A program made the position numbers and the translations under genes. DNA of 64,000 bases, taken from NCBI GenBank assembly GCA_031407385.1, contig JANOIH010000004.1, positions 4,104-68,103 of the forward strand. Direction: 5' to 3'. Positions 1 through 10,217 of this stretch are shown here, one piece after another. The DNA comes from Candidatus Altimarinota bacterium. GTDB lineage: Bacteria > Patescibacteriota > Gracilibacteria > BD1-5 > UBA2023. The notes beneath the pieces are model-generated. The model saw nothing but the letters and a program-made list of their open reading frames with translations. It was not told where the DNA came from and did no database searches. The stretch's first letter is position 1. Every line of letters begins with the position of its first letter.

Positions 1-277
1 CGTGAATCCGAAGATGAAGATCGAGACCGAAGCAGATGGACTCGACGCACTCCGCTTCGCGCTCCCACTCATCGAATCTGCTGACTATAGTTCACTCGAC
101 GCGCTGAAGACAGGGATCCTCGAGGCGATCGCAACCGCAGGGAAGAAAAACGGACAGATCCTCTGGCCACTACGAGTAGCCCTCTCTGGTGAAGAGTTCT
201 CACCATGAGCGTTCGAACTCGCATATATCCTCGGTCGTGATGAATCCATCCGCAGAATACAAAAAAATCTCGCATAA
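1..277 (+). CDS. gltX: Glutamyl-tRNA synthetase, C-terminal fragment (5' end outside window)
   Basis: ...ILWPLRVALSGEEFSP-(TGA 206-208 = G)-AFELAYILGRDESIRRIQKNLA. Matches the GltX C-terminal SPG.FE motif. Real stop TAA 275-277. Confidence 0.75.
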
Positions 278-313
278 GTCCTCCTAAAGACGAATACACT
301 TACTCAAAAACAT

Positions 314-703
314 ATGCAATATATATTCCTCAAGAACATCCTCGAAACCGTCCTCGCCAACTATGTCTGCCATAACTGTCAGAACCAGACCAACGAGCAA
401 TCCCTCCAAGTCACTGGTATCAGTTCCAGTGGTGTCGATCTGCATATCCACTGTCATGTCTGTGGGAACCATGCTCAGCTTGGTGCTGAGGTCAACACGC
501 TCGCAGCCCAGATGCTCGAGAGTGAGAATGGACGCAGATACTTCGAAGAATTCCTCTCTCAGGGTGGGAAGATCGGAGCCACTCTCGCGAACAAGTCAGG
601 AGAGCAACTCACTGAGGGCAATGGAAAAATCAACGATGCTGATATCATAAAAATCCACAACGACCTGAAAAATGCGAAAAGCGTAGAAGACCTCATGAGA
701 TAG
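314..703 (+). CDS. Hypothetical protein with CxxC...CxxC zinc-ribbon
   Basis: Intact 129-aa ORF with CHNC...CHVC cysteine pairs. Stop TAG. No family assigned. Confidence 0.5.
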   Translation: MQYIFLKNILETVLANYVCHNCQNQTNEQSLQVTGISSSGVDLHIHCHVCGNHAQLGAEVNTLAAQMLESENGRRYFEEFLSQGGKIGATLANKSGEQLTEGNGKINDADIIKIHNDLKNAKSVEDLMR

Positions 704-787
704 TAGGAAATAGATGAAACAAAGGATATAGGAGATAGAATAAAAACTCCAAAAATCTTCTTGACTTCTTCTCTATTACAGCAAAAT

Positions 788-822
788 CCTCCTACCTCCT
801 ACCTCCTACCTCCTACCTCCTA
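788..822. repeat. Five perfect tandem copies of heptamer CCTCCTA abutting the ATG of the next gene
   Basis: Direct reading: cctccta x5 at 788-822. The last A is the A of ATG 822-824. Confidence 0.9.
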
Positions 823-1220
823 TGTTCTCCAAGTTCATCGCTTTCATCCTCCTCTTCGCTGGACTCTATATCGTAGCGGTGTTCGTCCTCCCGGTACAGG
901 CTGATCAGTATGGGGATACTGAACTCAATGCAAAGATCCGCAATATAAAAGACATGAGTCTCAGTTATGCATCAGGATCAGAATCTCCTGCATCACTCGC
1001 GGATAAGCTCATGATCACAGGCAAGTCTGTCATCGACGAGACCACAAAAACGGCAGATCATATCCAGTCCACTCTCACCGAGAAAACCGAACAAGCCAAA
1101 AGAGCTGCAGAGTCAGCACAGAAGGCGTATGATGCAGTAGAACAAGCCAAAAGAGATTTCCAGAACCTCACGAACTTCTCGGGAAGCACACAAGTGAGTG
1201 TAAGTGGATCAATTCGATAA
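822..1220 (+). CDS. Membrane-anchored hypothetical protein (N-terminal TM, coiled-coil-like tail)
   Basis: 132-aa ORF. N-terminus FIAFILLFAGLYIVAVFVLPV is hydrophobic. Stop TAA. Confidence 0.55.
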   Translation: MFSKFIAFILLFAGLYIVAVFVLPVQADQYGDTELNAKIRNIKDMSLSYASGSESPASLADKLMITGKSVIDETTKTADHIQSTLTEKTEQAKRAAESAQKAYDAVEQAKRDFQNLTNFSGSTQVSVSGSIR

Positions 1221-1293
1221 GATGTGTCATTTCGAGCGAGTGGATCATTCCTCAGCCTCACTCTGTATAGTGCCTGTAGTGTCTGAGGTTTCC

Positions 1294-1367
1294 GTCATCC
1301 TGGGGTCTCTGAAGCTCAGGATCTCTATAGAATCTAGATCCCGCGGCACGAGATACCACGGGATGAC
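1294..1367. repeat. Divergent GTCAT...ATGAC double-hairpin element (MITE-like)
   Basis: gtcatcctg...caggat hairpin and atcccg...cgggat hairpin, bounded by inverted GTCAT/ATGAC. Same architecture as the 103-bp family. Confidence 0.4.
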
Positions 1368-1474
1368 AGAAACAGAAGAACTATACAGATCCAGAGAAAC
1401 AAACATTACAGAGATACAGAACGATAACTGTCTCCACTATTTACTATCTCTATCCACTATCTCTATCTTTTCTT

Positions 1475-2518
1475 ATGTCCTCTTCTTTTCGTTCTGAGCG
1501 CATCTCTCGTCACCAGACTCGCAAGTCACCTATCACGAAGAGTATCCAATTCTTCATGATTGGTATTTTTGTTATAGGAATACTTCTCTACATGCTCGTG
1601 CGCAATACTGGGAATACTGAGATCAATCCCAAAACCTACCTCATCGATAAATGAGCTTCTGTCCTCTCTCTGAACTCGGGATTGAAGTGGGGAGTCCCTT
1701 CATGGAGATATACTCTCTATGTTCGGTTCTTTGCACCACGTGATATCGTGCTCCAGGCAGGAGAATATGTGGCTACACGTGGCAGTACGATCGACTCCTT
1801 CCTCACCAAGACGATCGCGACACCAGTTCATAGTGATATCACGATCACGATCCTCCCAGGATGGAATATGTACGATATCGATGCATACCTCAGCGAGAAG
1901 AATATCATAGCGACGTGAGACTTTCTTCGCGTGGCTGCAGATCGATTCCGTGAGTATCAGGGAGCTTTCCCTTGGCTCTCGGGAGTCGAGAGTCTGGAGG
2001 GTTTTCTCTACCCAGATACCTATAGGGTACTCAAAAGTGCTACCGCACACGACGTGATCATGGTGCTCCTGCGAGAGTTCGATAAGAAGATCGGAGTGAG
2101 TTATACGGCACAGTGAGCAGGTGCATACAAGAAGCTCATCCTCGCATCGATCGTCGAGCGAGAGGAGCGCATCGATGCCAATCAACCGATCGTCGCAGGG
2201 ATACTGGAGAAGCGAGTACGTGAGGGGATTGCGATGGGCGCAGATGCGACTGTCTGTGTCGGCTACGCCAAGACTCAGAAGCAGTGTACTCCGAGTTTTA
2301 TCGGGAGCATCATCGCTGAGAAAAATCCATACAATACTCGAGTCAAGCAAGGATATCCACCAACTCCGATCGCCAATGTACCACTTCCAGCATGGAACGC
2401 AGCGATATCACCAGAAGACTCCCCCTATTATTACTACCTCCATGACAATGACGGCATTATTCACTACGGACGAACGAACTCAGAACATGTAGCGAACAAA
2501 AATAAATACCTCCAATAA
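1475..2518 (+). CDS. mltG: Endolytic murein transglycosylase MltG (YceG-like)
   Basis: N-terminal TM, LEGFLYPDTY, ASIVEREE and NPYNTRVKQGYPPTPIANV...HYGRTNSEH motifs. Three in-frame TGA join four track fragments. Stop TAA. Confidence 0.85.
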
Positions 2519-2536
2519 ATCTTCACTATCTATCCT

Positions 2537-3154
2537 ATGATCACAACTATCAATACTGCTCTCTTGCCTCTGGAGAACATGGTAAAAAAATACCGAACAT
2601 ATATCGGATATGTGATTATATTATTAGCTTGTCTGGCTCCAATCTTCTTATACGGACAAGAGACACTGAAGTCGAGTGGAGAGAAGTCGATCCTCATACT
2701 CTGGATCATCCTCTGGATGCCGATATTGGCTCGTGTTCTCTGACTGCGTATCGTTGCTCAGATGCTCCCCCTGCGTAAGGAACTCGGTATCCTCATGGGA
2801 GTCCTCGCACTCGTCCATGGATTCTCTTTTATCATACCGAATCAAGCATATCTGGCTAGTGGAACTGCGTTCTGGGTAGATGGATCTCCGACATTCCTCT
2901 TGTTCGGTATACTTGCTATGTGGCTCTCGGTTCCCCTCACACTGACATCGTCTACATGGGCGATGCGTAAGATGGGCCGTCACTGGAAGACTCTCCATCG
3001 TCTCGTCTATATTGTCATCATATTCGCTGTGACTCATGTCGTGATACTGAAGTCGATGAGAGACTTCGAGATCACACCTATCATATTACTCGCGCTGTAC
3101 TTCGTATTCAAGGTGCTGGAGTGGAGAGGTTACAGCTTCGCAAAAAAAGAATAG
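2537..3154 (+). CDS. Ferric-reductase-like transmembrane protein (MsrQ/YedZ-like)
   Basis: Two fragments joined over TGA 2741-2743. Multi-TM, with the WKTLHRLVYIVIIFAVTHVV motif typical of the YedZ family. Confidence 0.6.
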
Positions 3155-3250
3155 AAAATATAAGGATATAGTCAATGTTGAAGCATCATTTTATTGACAA
3201 TAATAATATACTGAGTATATATACTCAGTTCCAACAACAGGGAGGTCAGA

Positions 3251-3394
3251 ATGATAGTATCTATTATTTTCTGTGCCTTCTTGGCATGGATGTTTGCTGA
3301 TAAGGTATTTGAGCGGCCAACCTTCTGGAAGAGGCTCGCTCTCATGGTGTTTCTTGTCATATCAGGACAAGTGGCATTCCAATATCAGTATTAG
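3251..3394 (+). CDS. Small (47 aa) membrane protein
   Basis: ATG preceded by GGAGG (3241-3245). Hydrophobic MIVSIIFCAFLAWMF. Followed by a terminator. Below the track's 60-aa cutoff. Confidence 0.4.
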   Translation: MIVSIIFCAFLAWMFADKVFERPTFWKRLALMVFLVISGQVAFQYQY

Positions 3395-3426
3395 ATCTTC
3401 GCATAAAAACGAAGATCTTTTTCTTT
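3393..3426. terminator. Bidirectional intrinsic terminator
   Basis: agatcttcg-N8-cgaagatct stem followed by a T-run. Lies between convergent genes. Confidence 0.6.
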
Positions 3427-3442
3427 TAATATGTTATAAAAA

Positions 3443-3697
3443 CTAGAACCCAATCTTCTCCATCAGTTCCCCTTTTTCATGGAGTGCTGCGATATCCGTA
3501 TATCCACCGAGACAAGTATCTCACACGAATATCTGTGGAACAGTTCGCAACCGCGACTTCGCGACGATCTCCATAAGGAGCTCATGATTATCTGTGACAT
3601 CAACCTCTTCGTACTCGGCACCGAGGGATGTGAGGAGATTCTTCGCGAGGACGCAGTATGGGCAATTGTCTTTGCTGTAGAGGGTGATTGTTTTCAC
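3443..3697 (-). CDS. Glutaredoxin (CPYC active site)
   Basis: VKTITLYSKDNCPYCVLAK...TVPQIFV-G(TGA)-DTCLGGYTDI...; 84 aa; GTG start; stop TAG. Confidence 0.75.
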
Positions 3698-3707
3698 TGT
3701 TTTTGGA

Positions 3708-4418
3708 TTATTGTTGGATCTGATCGAGTCCGAGGTGCATATTGGCGGGGAGTGCGATATCGATATATTTCGGATAGTCGAGCCTGACGGCTTGCATCGT
3801 CTCTATGAATTCTGTTACTGTAGTGGTATCCTTGATTCGAGTGTTGTATTTTTTCTCTTCTCCGACCGTACTCATCGTCTGTCCCGTGTAGTCATGCCCT
3901 GGGTAGATTCTCGTGGTATTGGGGAGTGTGTATATTTTTTGTTTGATTGACTCATAGAGTTGCTCTGCGGATCCTCACTGGAAGTCAGTCCGTCCCGTCT
4001 TGCGGATCAGGAGTGCATCACCTGTGAATATCATATCCGCAATCAAGAAACTGGTACACCCATCCGTATGTCCTGGAGTGGCGATAGCCTGGATCTGTAT
4101 TGCTCCAATAGTGAATATTTCTCCATCTTCGAGCAATATATCGGGTTTGGCAATCTGAGCTCACATTCACATCGCGATCTTGGCACCTGTTTTGGTACGT
4201 AAGAGTCCTGATCCAGTGATATGATCGGCGTGGATATGTGTATCGAGGATGTACGAGAGAGTGAGTCCGAGCTCCGAGAGCAGCTTGATATCACGATCGA
4301 TCTGATCCCGCACTGGATCGATGATGAGAGCGAGTTGCGTAGTCGCATCACCTATGATATAGGTGTATGTCGAACTCTTCTCGTCGAAGAGCTGGCGGAA
4401 GATGAGAGGAGAATCCAT
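3708..4418 (-). CDS. MBL-fold persulfide dioxygenase (ETHE1-like)
   Basis: YTYIIGD...DTHIHADHITG...ATPGHTDGC...GRTDFQ-G(TGA)-GSAEQLY...IYPGHDY. 236 aa with three in-frame TGA. Confidence 0.8.
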
Positions 4419-4424
4419 AAAAAT

Positions 4425-4769
4425 CTAGTTAAAATAGCTCGGTCTGAACGCCTCAGTGATCTTGATGATATCTGATTGGTCTCGATAGAGTTCTGCGATA
4501 CTGCCTGCTATATTGGTCGCCGTTTTACCTTGTCACTCGAGCCACGCACAGACTTGACCACTTCGCCCGCCAGTCCGACAAAATATATAGACAGGTCGAG
4601 AAAAATCAATCTCTCAAACACGAAACTCGATCGATGAGAGGGGAATCAGTTTGGCTCCTGGGATGCGTATCTGTGCCCACTCTCTCTGCTCACGGACATC
4701 GATGAGTTCGATATCTGTTGAATTCTTGAGAAGTATTTCGAGTTCTTTTGAGGATATTTCTTTATACAT
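4425..4769 (-). CDS. Rhodanese-like sulfurtransferase
   Basis: Active-site loop CRTGGRS. 114 aa with two in-frame TGA. Stop TAG. Confidence 0.8.
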
Positions 4770-4770
4770 A

Positions 4771-5196
4771 TTATTTTGAGGTCAATTTTTTATAGAAGAG
4801 CATACTCACTATCATCGAGACGAGGAATACGAGAATGTATGGATCGAGGAATACGATGCTCCCGATCGCTGGACCCGGACAGAGTCCGCCGATGCCCCAT
4901 CCGATACCGAATAGTGCTGATCCGATGATGAGCTTGGAGTCGATGATTCCTTTTTTTTCCCAAGGGAAGTGCCATCGGTCTGAGAAGTGTGGAGTTTCTT
5001 TTTTGGAGAGGAAAAAATGCCCGATCACCGATACCGTGACGGCTCCGATCATCACAAAAAGGAGCGTCGGATCCCAGCCATAGGCGATATCGAGAAATCC
5101 TCGAACTCGATCTGGCGAGGTCATATCCGAGAGTGTGAGGGCAAATCCGAAGAGGATACCCGAGATGAGGGAGACGATGTTGGTGACTGTGGACAT
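4771..5196 (-). CDS. YeeE/YedE-family sulfur-compound transporter half (DUF6691-like)
   Basis: 141-aa multi-TM ORF with GWGIGGLCPGPA motif. Stop TAA. Confidence 0.75.
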   Translation of the reverse strand: MSTVTNIVSLISGILFGFALTLSDMTSPDRVRGFLDIAYGWDPTLLFVMIGAVTVSVIGHFFLSKKETPHFSDRWHFPWEKKGIIDSKLIIGSALFGIGWGIGGLCPGPAIGSIVFLDPYILVFLVSMIVSMLFYKKLTSK

Positions 5197-5202
5197 AGTG
5201 TG

Positions 5203-5619
5203 CTAGACGATAAAATGAGTAACAAATACAGCGATCATACCGCTCGTGACGAAGACGAGAGTAGCGACGATAGAGCGGAGAGAGAGTCGACCGATACCGC
5301 AGACAGCGTGACCGCTCGTACATCAGTTTGCCATACTGGTACCGACTCCGACGAGTATCCCTGCGATGATGGCGATGATGTATGAGGGGTTCGTATTGCT
5401 GATGTGATATCCGGGTACGATGTAGCTATAGAGTGCGACACCGAGCATGAGCCCCACGAGGAAGTAGTATCTCCAGTATTCGCTTTTGGCGAGCTTGCCC
5501 AGTATTCACTTCACGATGCCAGATACACCCATCACACGCCCGAGTCCTCATGCAAAAAGAAGTGCCGAGAGTCCGATGAGGGCTCCGCCGATGAGAGCGT
5601 TGATATAGAGTGGATTCAT
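5203..5619 (-). CDS. YeeE/YedE-family sulfur-compound transporter half
   Basis: ...SMAN-G(TGA 5323-5325)[17 protein letters not shown]. 138 aa with three in-frame TGA. Confidence 0.8.
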
Positions 5620-5630
5620 AGGTAGTGGGA

Positions 5631-5927
5631 TTATTCGCAATAGATAGTAGAGAGCGATGAGAGGAGCGTGAGTATCTCTGGATTGCTGATGCGGTAGGTG
5701 ATATAGAGTCCTGACTTCTCAGATCCGAGGATTCACTCGTGTCGCATCTTGGTGAGGAACTGTGAGAGTTGGGATTGTGAGATATTGCAGGTTCTCTCGA
5801 GTTCACCGACCGTCTGCGGTCACTCCGCGAGCCGACAGAGTATGATGAGTCGCTTGGGATGTGATATGGCCTTGAGGATTTTGGATACGGTTTCTGCTTG
5901 AGTCTCGAGATCCGATAAGGTTTTCAT
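5631..5927 (-). CDS. ArsR/SmtB-family transcriptional regulator
   Basis: ILKAISHPKRLIILCRLAE-G-PQTVGELERTCNISQSQLSQFLTKMRHE-G- ; winged HTH; 98 aa. Confidence 0.8.
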
Positions 5928-5950
5928 AGTTTTTATATATATGTTTCGAC

Positions 5951-5972
5951 TATATTATGAATATATAATATA
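5951..5972. promoter_or_regulatory. Candidate operator: 8-bp inverted repeat TATATTAT-N6-ATAATATA in the divergent ArsR/ppk2 intergenic region
   Basis: Perfect inverted repeat read directly, 24 bp upstream of the ArsR start. Function is inferred. Confidence 0.35.
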
Positions 5973-6081
5973 ATGTCAAAAGATTTTTGTTCTATTTTGC
6001 AAGTGATTTTCTCAGGTTTTATTTTGTGAAAAGAGAGAAACCTATACTATAGGGACTATTATCCGACTCATCTCACCACCT

Positions 6082-7248
6082 ATGAAACTCTTCAACATCA
6101 CCGATATATTCAACAACATCATAACTATGAGTCCCGAGACACTCGAGGCGTTCCATGATGAGCTGCACACCAACTACAAGAAGCTCCGCAAAGATCTCGA
6201 CGTGGACAATCTCCGTGTCCTCGGCAATCGTATCCAGACGGTCATCGATGGCAATATCAAAAAACTCGGACACAAAGAGCAACACAAGCTCCACAAGCTC
6301 GAGACACTTGCTCGTGAGATCAGCGAGACCGTGATCGAGATCGAGACCGCGCAGAAGAACGCCATAGAACTCGTAGATCTGGAGAAGAAGTTCGACAAAA
6401 AATACAAAGCCCTCAAAGAGCTCCCAAAAGAAAAAGCGAAAACTCATGTCCTCATCGCCATGAAGAAGTCTGAGATCAACTATGAAGAAGAGATGCTCAC
6501 CCTCCAGATCGAGCTCGTGAAGCTCCAGAAGTATATCCAAGAGTCAGGGAAGAAAGTACTTATCATATTCGAGGGACGTGATGCAGCAGGGAAGGGTGGC
6601 AATATCAAGAGATTCACTGAGTCACTCAATCCTCGCTATGCGAAGGTGGTTGCCCTCATGAAGCCGAGTGAGATCGAGAAGTGACAGTGGTACTTCCAGA
6701 GATATCTCGCACACCTTCCGAACGCAGGTGAGATGGTATTTTTTGACCGATCATGGTACAACCGTGCCGGTGTCGAACCAGTGATGGGATTCGTCGGGAA
6801 GCGCGACTATGAGAAGTTTATGGATGATGTACCACTTCTGGAGAAGATGCTCGTGAAGTCCGGGATCAAGATCATCAAGTTCTACTTCTCAGTATCCAAG
6901 ACCGAACAGGCAACACGATTCCACGAACGTCGTACGAACCCACTCAAGCAGTACAAGCTCTCTCCTATCGATCAGTTCTCTCAGAAACTCTGGGATCGCT
7001 ATACTCTCGCGGAATATGAGAACTTCTCCCGGACGCACTCAGACCATGCCCCATGGACGATCATCAACAGCGATGACAAGGAGGCATCTCGTATCAACTC
7101 GATCAAGTATATCCTAAACCAGTTCGACTATCCTGAGAAGATCGATGCGAGCAAGATCGAAGTCGATGACAAGATCGTCCATACAGGACGAGAGAAGGTT
7201 CGCCTCCTCGAGAAGGATGTAGATATGGCGAAGAGTCTGTTTGAATAG
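6082..7248 (+). CDS. ppk2: Polyphosphate kinase 2 with ~150-aa coiled-coil N-terminal extension
   Basis: GRDAAGKGG Walker A, ...EIEK-G(TGA 6682-6684)-QWYFQRYLAHLPNAGEMVFFDRSWYNRAGVE. 388 aa. Confidence 0.85.
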
Positions 7249-7269
7249 TATTTGTGGTTGACAATTTAT

Positions 7270-7301
7270 AAAAAACTATATTATATATAATATAGTTTTT
7301 T
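7270..7301. terminator. Intrinsic terminator (perfect palindrome)
   Basis: aaaaaactatattatatataatatagtttttt. Confidence 0.6.
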
Positions 7302-7313
7302 ATTTCAATCATT

Positions 7314-8090
7314 ATGCCATCGTATGATAGTATCACAACTGATATTTTGACCCCTATGTTTGAGGGAAAGTATCCTAATCCTCTTGCTGTCGGTCAGCTC
7401 GCGGATTGAGTAATAAAGACCGTTGCTCAACAAGTTAGTGGAACATTACTTGTTGCAGATATTTGATGTTGAACAGATCCTATATCACCAAGAATTTTTT
7501 TAAGAAATGAGGCAAAATTTCTTTTAGTCGATAATAATCCTACAATTGAACTAGAAAAATCTCACCTCCCTGAATATGTATCATTGGCACAGGTTGATAT
7601 GAACGATGCAAAGGCCATGAATGCAGCAAAAAGAGAGTTCTTTCATACTCACAAATCTCTCGGAAAAGGTAGTTTTGACGTTGTTCTCCTGTCAAATATA
7701 CTAAATTACTTTACTGATTGAACTACTCCTTTGAAACCATGAGAGATATCTCCTGTGATGCGGAACTTTTGGGTTAACTTCGTAGAAAAAAATCTCTCAA
7801 AAAAAGGAGTAGTAATTATCCAAAACGGTGATAAGGGTGCACGGTATGAAAATTTAAAAGAAGAACAAGTAAATGATTATTTTAGTCCTGCAATGGAAAA
7901 TTTGATTACAAAAAATTTCATTGATTCGTACTATTTTTGAATAGCATTTACATGAACGTCTTCATCTAATGAAAATATATCACTTGAAGCGTCACCTTGA
8001 TTTTGTTCATTGAAGGAATACCAGGTAATTAAGAATGAATGAAAATTATTAAAAGCAGTGAATCTACGAGTATTAAGAAGAAAGTCGTAG
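7314..8090 (+). CDS. Class I SAM-dependent methyltransferase
   Basis: Motif I LLVADI-G-C-G-TDP, with both Gly encoded by TGA (7464-7466, 7470-7472). Under code 25 the ORF runs to TAG 8088-8090. The last ~50 aa are uncertain. Confidence 0.65.
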
Positions 8091-8102
8091 GATCTAGTAG
8101 CA

Positions 8103-9542
8103 TTATATCTTATCAACTATATTCCTCCCCGCCACATACCCACTCGCCCAACATATCTGTAAACTGAATCCACCAGTATACCCATCCACATTGAGCACCT
8201 CTCCTGCGAAGTAGAGATTTTTGCTGATTCTAGACTCCATAGTCTCTGGATCGATCTCATCTGTATTCACGCCTCCCGCGGTCACGAACTCATCCCCTGG
8301 TCGACGCTCGATTAGAGTTATGGGTATTCATTTTCAGAGGAGCTCTGCTATATGTTCGCGGTCTTTTTTGCTGATAGATGCCGCATATGTTTCGCGAATC
8401 AGAGGGAAGTGTTCATCAACGAATCCATCCACGAATCTTCGAGGAAGCTTATCTGCGAGGATACTCGTGATGAGCTTCTTCGGGTGTTCTTGGAACTCTC
8501 TCTTGAGGAACGTCTCCCACAGAGGTGTATCCATATCTGCGAGAGGCGCGAGATGGATGATTTTTGGACTATTGCTTCCGAGCTTCTCCCAGGCAATCCG
8601 AGATGAGTACATGAAAGACAGCGGCCCAGAGATCCCGAAGTGCGTGAGGAGGATCGGTCAAGTGAGTTCTCCTATCCTTGCTTCTGGGAATGCGAGACCC
8701 GAGAGCTCATGTGTCCACTTCTCCCGCGAGAGAAAGCTCGATAGCGATGGTCCGAGTGGTGTGATCGTATGCCCGAGTGCGCGAGCGAAGGCATAGCCAT
8801 CACCAGTAGAACCAGTATGGCTATATGCGCTCCCACCTGTCGTCACGACGACGATATCTGCGGTATAAGAGCCTTTGGGCGTAGTGATTGTATATTTCTG
8901 AGTTTTTTTTGTTTCTCATTGTTTTCTTTCCTGGTGTTCCTGTCATTTCGACCAAAATCCATCTGCTTCTGTGAAAGATGAAGCGGAGAAATCTTGCCCG
9001 ATTAGAGCAGGATTTCTCGATTCCGAAAATCACGGATACAGATTTTCTTCACTCGAAATGACAGAATCAACACCTTCCCCATAATGCAGAGTCACTCTAT
9101 CGCGATACTTCGCAAATACTCGCTCGAACACATTCACTATATCATGTCCGTCATCTGAGATGGGGAATACTCGCAGATCCTCTTGCACCTTCAGTGGGAC
9201 GCCATGCGACTCGAACCAATCATACACTTTCTGTGGTCAGAACTTGCCCATCGCCTTGCGGATGAACTCCCACCCTCGAGTATACTTGCTCGCGAGGATA
9301 TGCTTATCGGTGATACTCGTTGTCACATTGCACCGACCACCTCATGAGATGATAACTTTATTCCCTGGGGTTTTGTTTTTCTCGAAGATATGGATCTCAT
9401 ACTCCTCCCCTTGTAGGGGAGGTTGGGTGGGGTACCCCCTCTGGCTCCCCCTAGAAGAGGGAGAATCAGACAGAGACTCCAGTATCGTCGCAGCAGTCAT
9501 GAGTCCTGCAGCGCCTGCTCAGATGATAGCTATCGTTTTCAT
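8103..9542 (-). CDS. HI0933/BaiN-like NAD(P)/FAD-dependent oxidoreductase
   Basis: IAII-G(TGA 9519-9521)-AGAAGL, ISGGGRCN, TGGSAYSHTGSTGDGY, THFGISGP and TAGGVNTDE...LYFAGEVLNVDGYTGGF. 479 aa assembled from 5 track fragments. Carries two in-frame repeat insertions. Confidence 0.85.
8942..9062. repeat. GTCATTTCGA...TCGAAATGAC MITE-like element inserted in frame in the flavoprotein CDS
   Basis: 10-bp terminal inverted repeats at 8942-8951 and 9053-9062. Translates without TAA/TAG as VISSEENLYPGFSESRNPALIGQDFSASSFTEADGFWSKGQ. Confidence 0.6.
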
Positions 9543-9650
9543 GTGTGGAGTATATGGATTTTGCCCGCTTTCTAAAGTGAAAATATGAAAATCGAGTGTA
9601 TTTGTCACCTTTTTTGCATATAATCGTCCTAACACTTGTATATACACACG

Positions 9651-10217
9651 ATGGCCGAATCCCTCATACAAAAAGCAAAATCCTGAGATCTTCTCGCTTT
9701 TGGAGATCTCTATGATACTTCATACGATCGCGTGTACCGCTTTCTCTTTTACCGTACGCTCGATACCGTCGCCGCCGAAGATCTGATCTCTGACGTCTAT
9801 ATGAAGGCACTGAAGGGTATCTCACGGTTCCGCTGAGAGAGTGAGTGAGAGTGGTACTCCTGGATACTCCAGATAGCCTATACGACACTCATAGACTCCA
9901 CCCGCAGACACACCGATACCAGTCTCGACGAGCTCATCTGGGAGCCATCATATACGACAGATGTGGACGCGAGTATCGACGACCGAGACACACTCGCTCG
10001 CGTGCTCGACTACATGACCACTCTCCCCGAGCGGGATCGTGCCATCGTCATGATGCGTATCTGGGACGACCTCTCCTACGACGAGATATCGGCTATCACT
10101 GGAGAGTCAGTGTCCAACAGCAAGCAGATCGTCTCTCGCACACTCCAGAAGATATCGGCCAACGTCTCTGTCCTCTCACTCATCATATTCCTCTCTCTCC
10201 ATGCCCTCAACAAGTAA
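9651..10217 (+). CDS. ECF-type RNA polymerase sigma-70 factor
   Basis: Region 2 (FGDLYDTSYDRVYRFLFYR) and region 4 (LPERDRAIVMMRIWDDLSYDEISAITGESVSNSKQIVSR). In-frame TGAs. 188 aa. Confidence 0.8.

Noticed and set aside
1700-2350. 216-aa minus-strand ORF
   Set aside because: It is the antisense shadow of mltG, whose plus-strand frame carries clear family motifs.
7931-8116. Minus-strand 61-aa ORF between the methyltransferase and the flavoprotein
   Set aside because: It has a TTG start, no motif and low-complexity sequence. The region is covered by the code-25 extension of the plus-strand methyltransferase frame. It remains unresolved, but the minus ORF is the weaker candidate.
9602-9624. 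TTGTCA…TATAAT as the sigma-factor gene promoter
   Set aside because: The spacer is only 11 nt. The TATAAT box alone may act as a -10 element, but a canonical -35/-10 pair is not supported.
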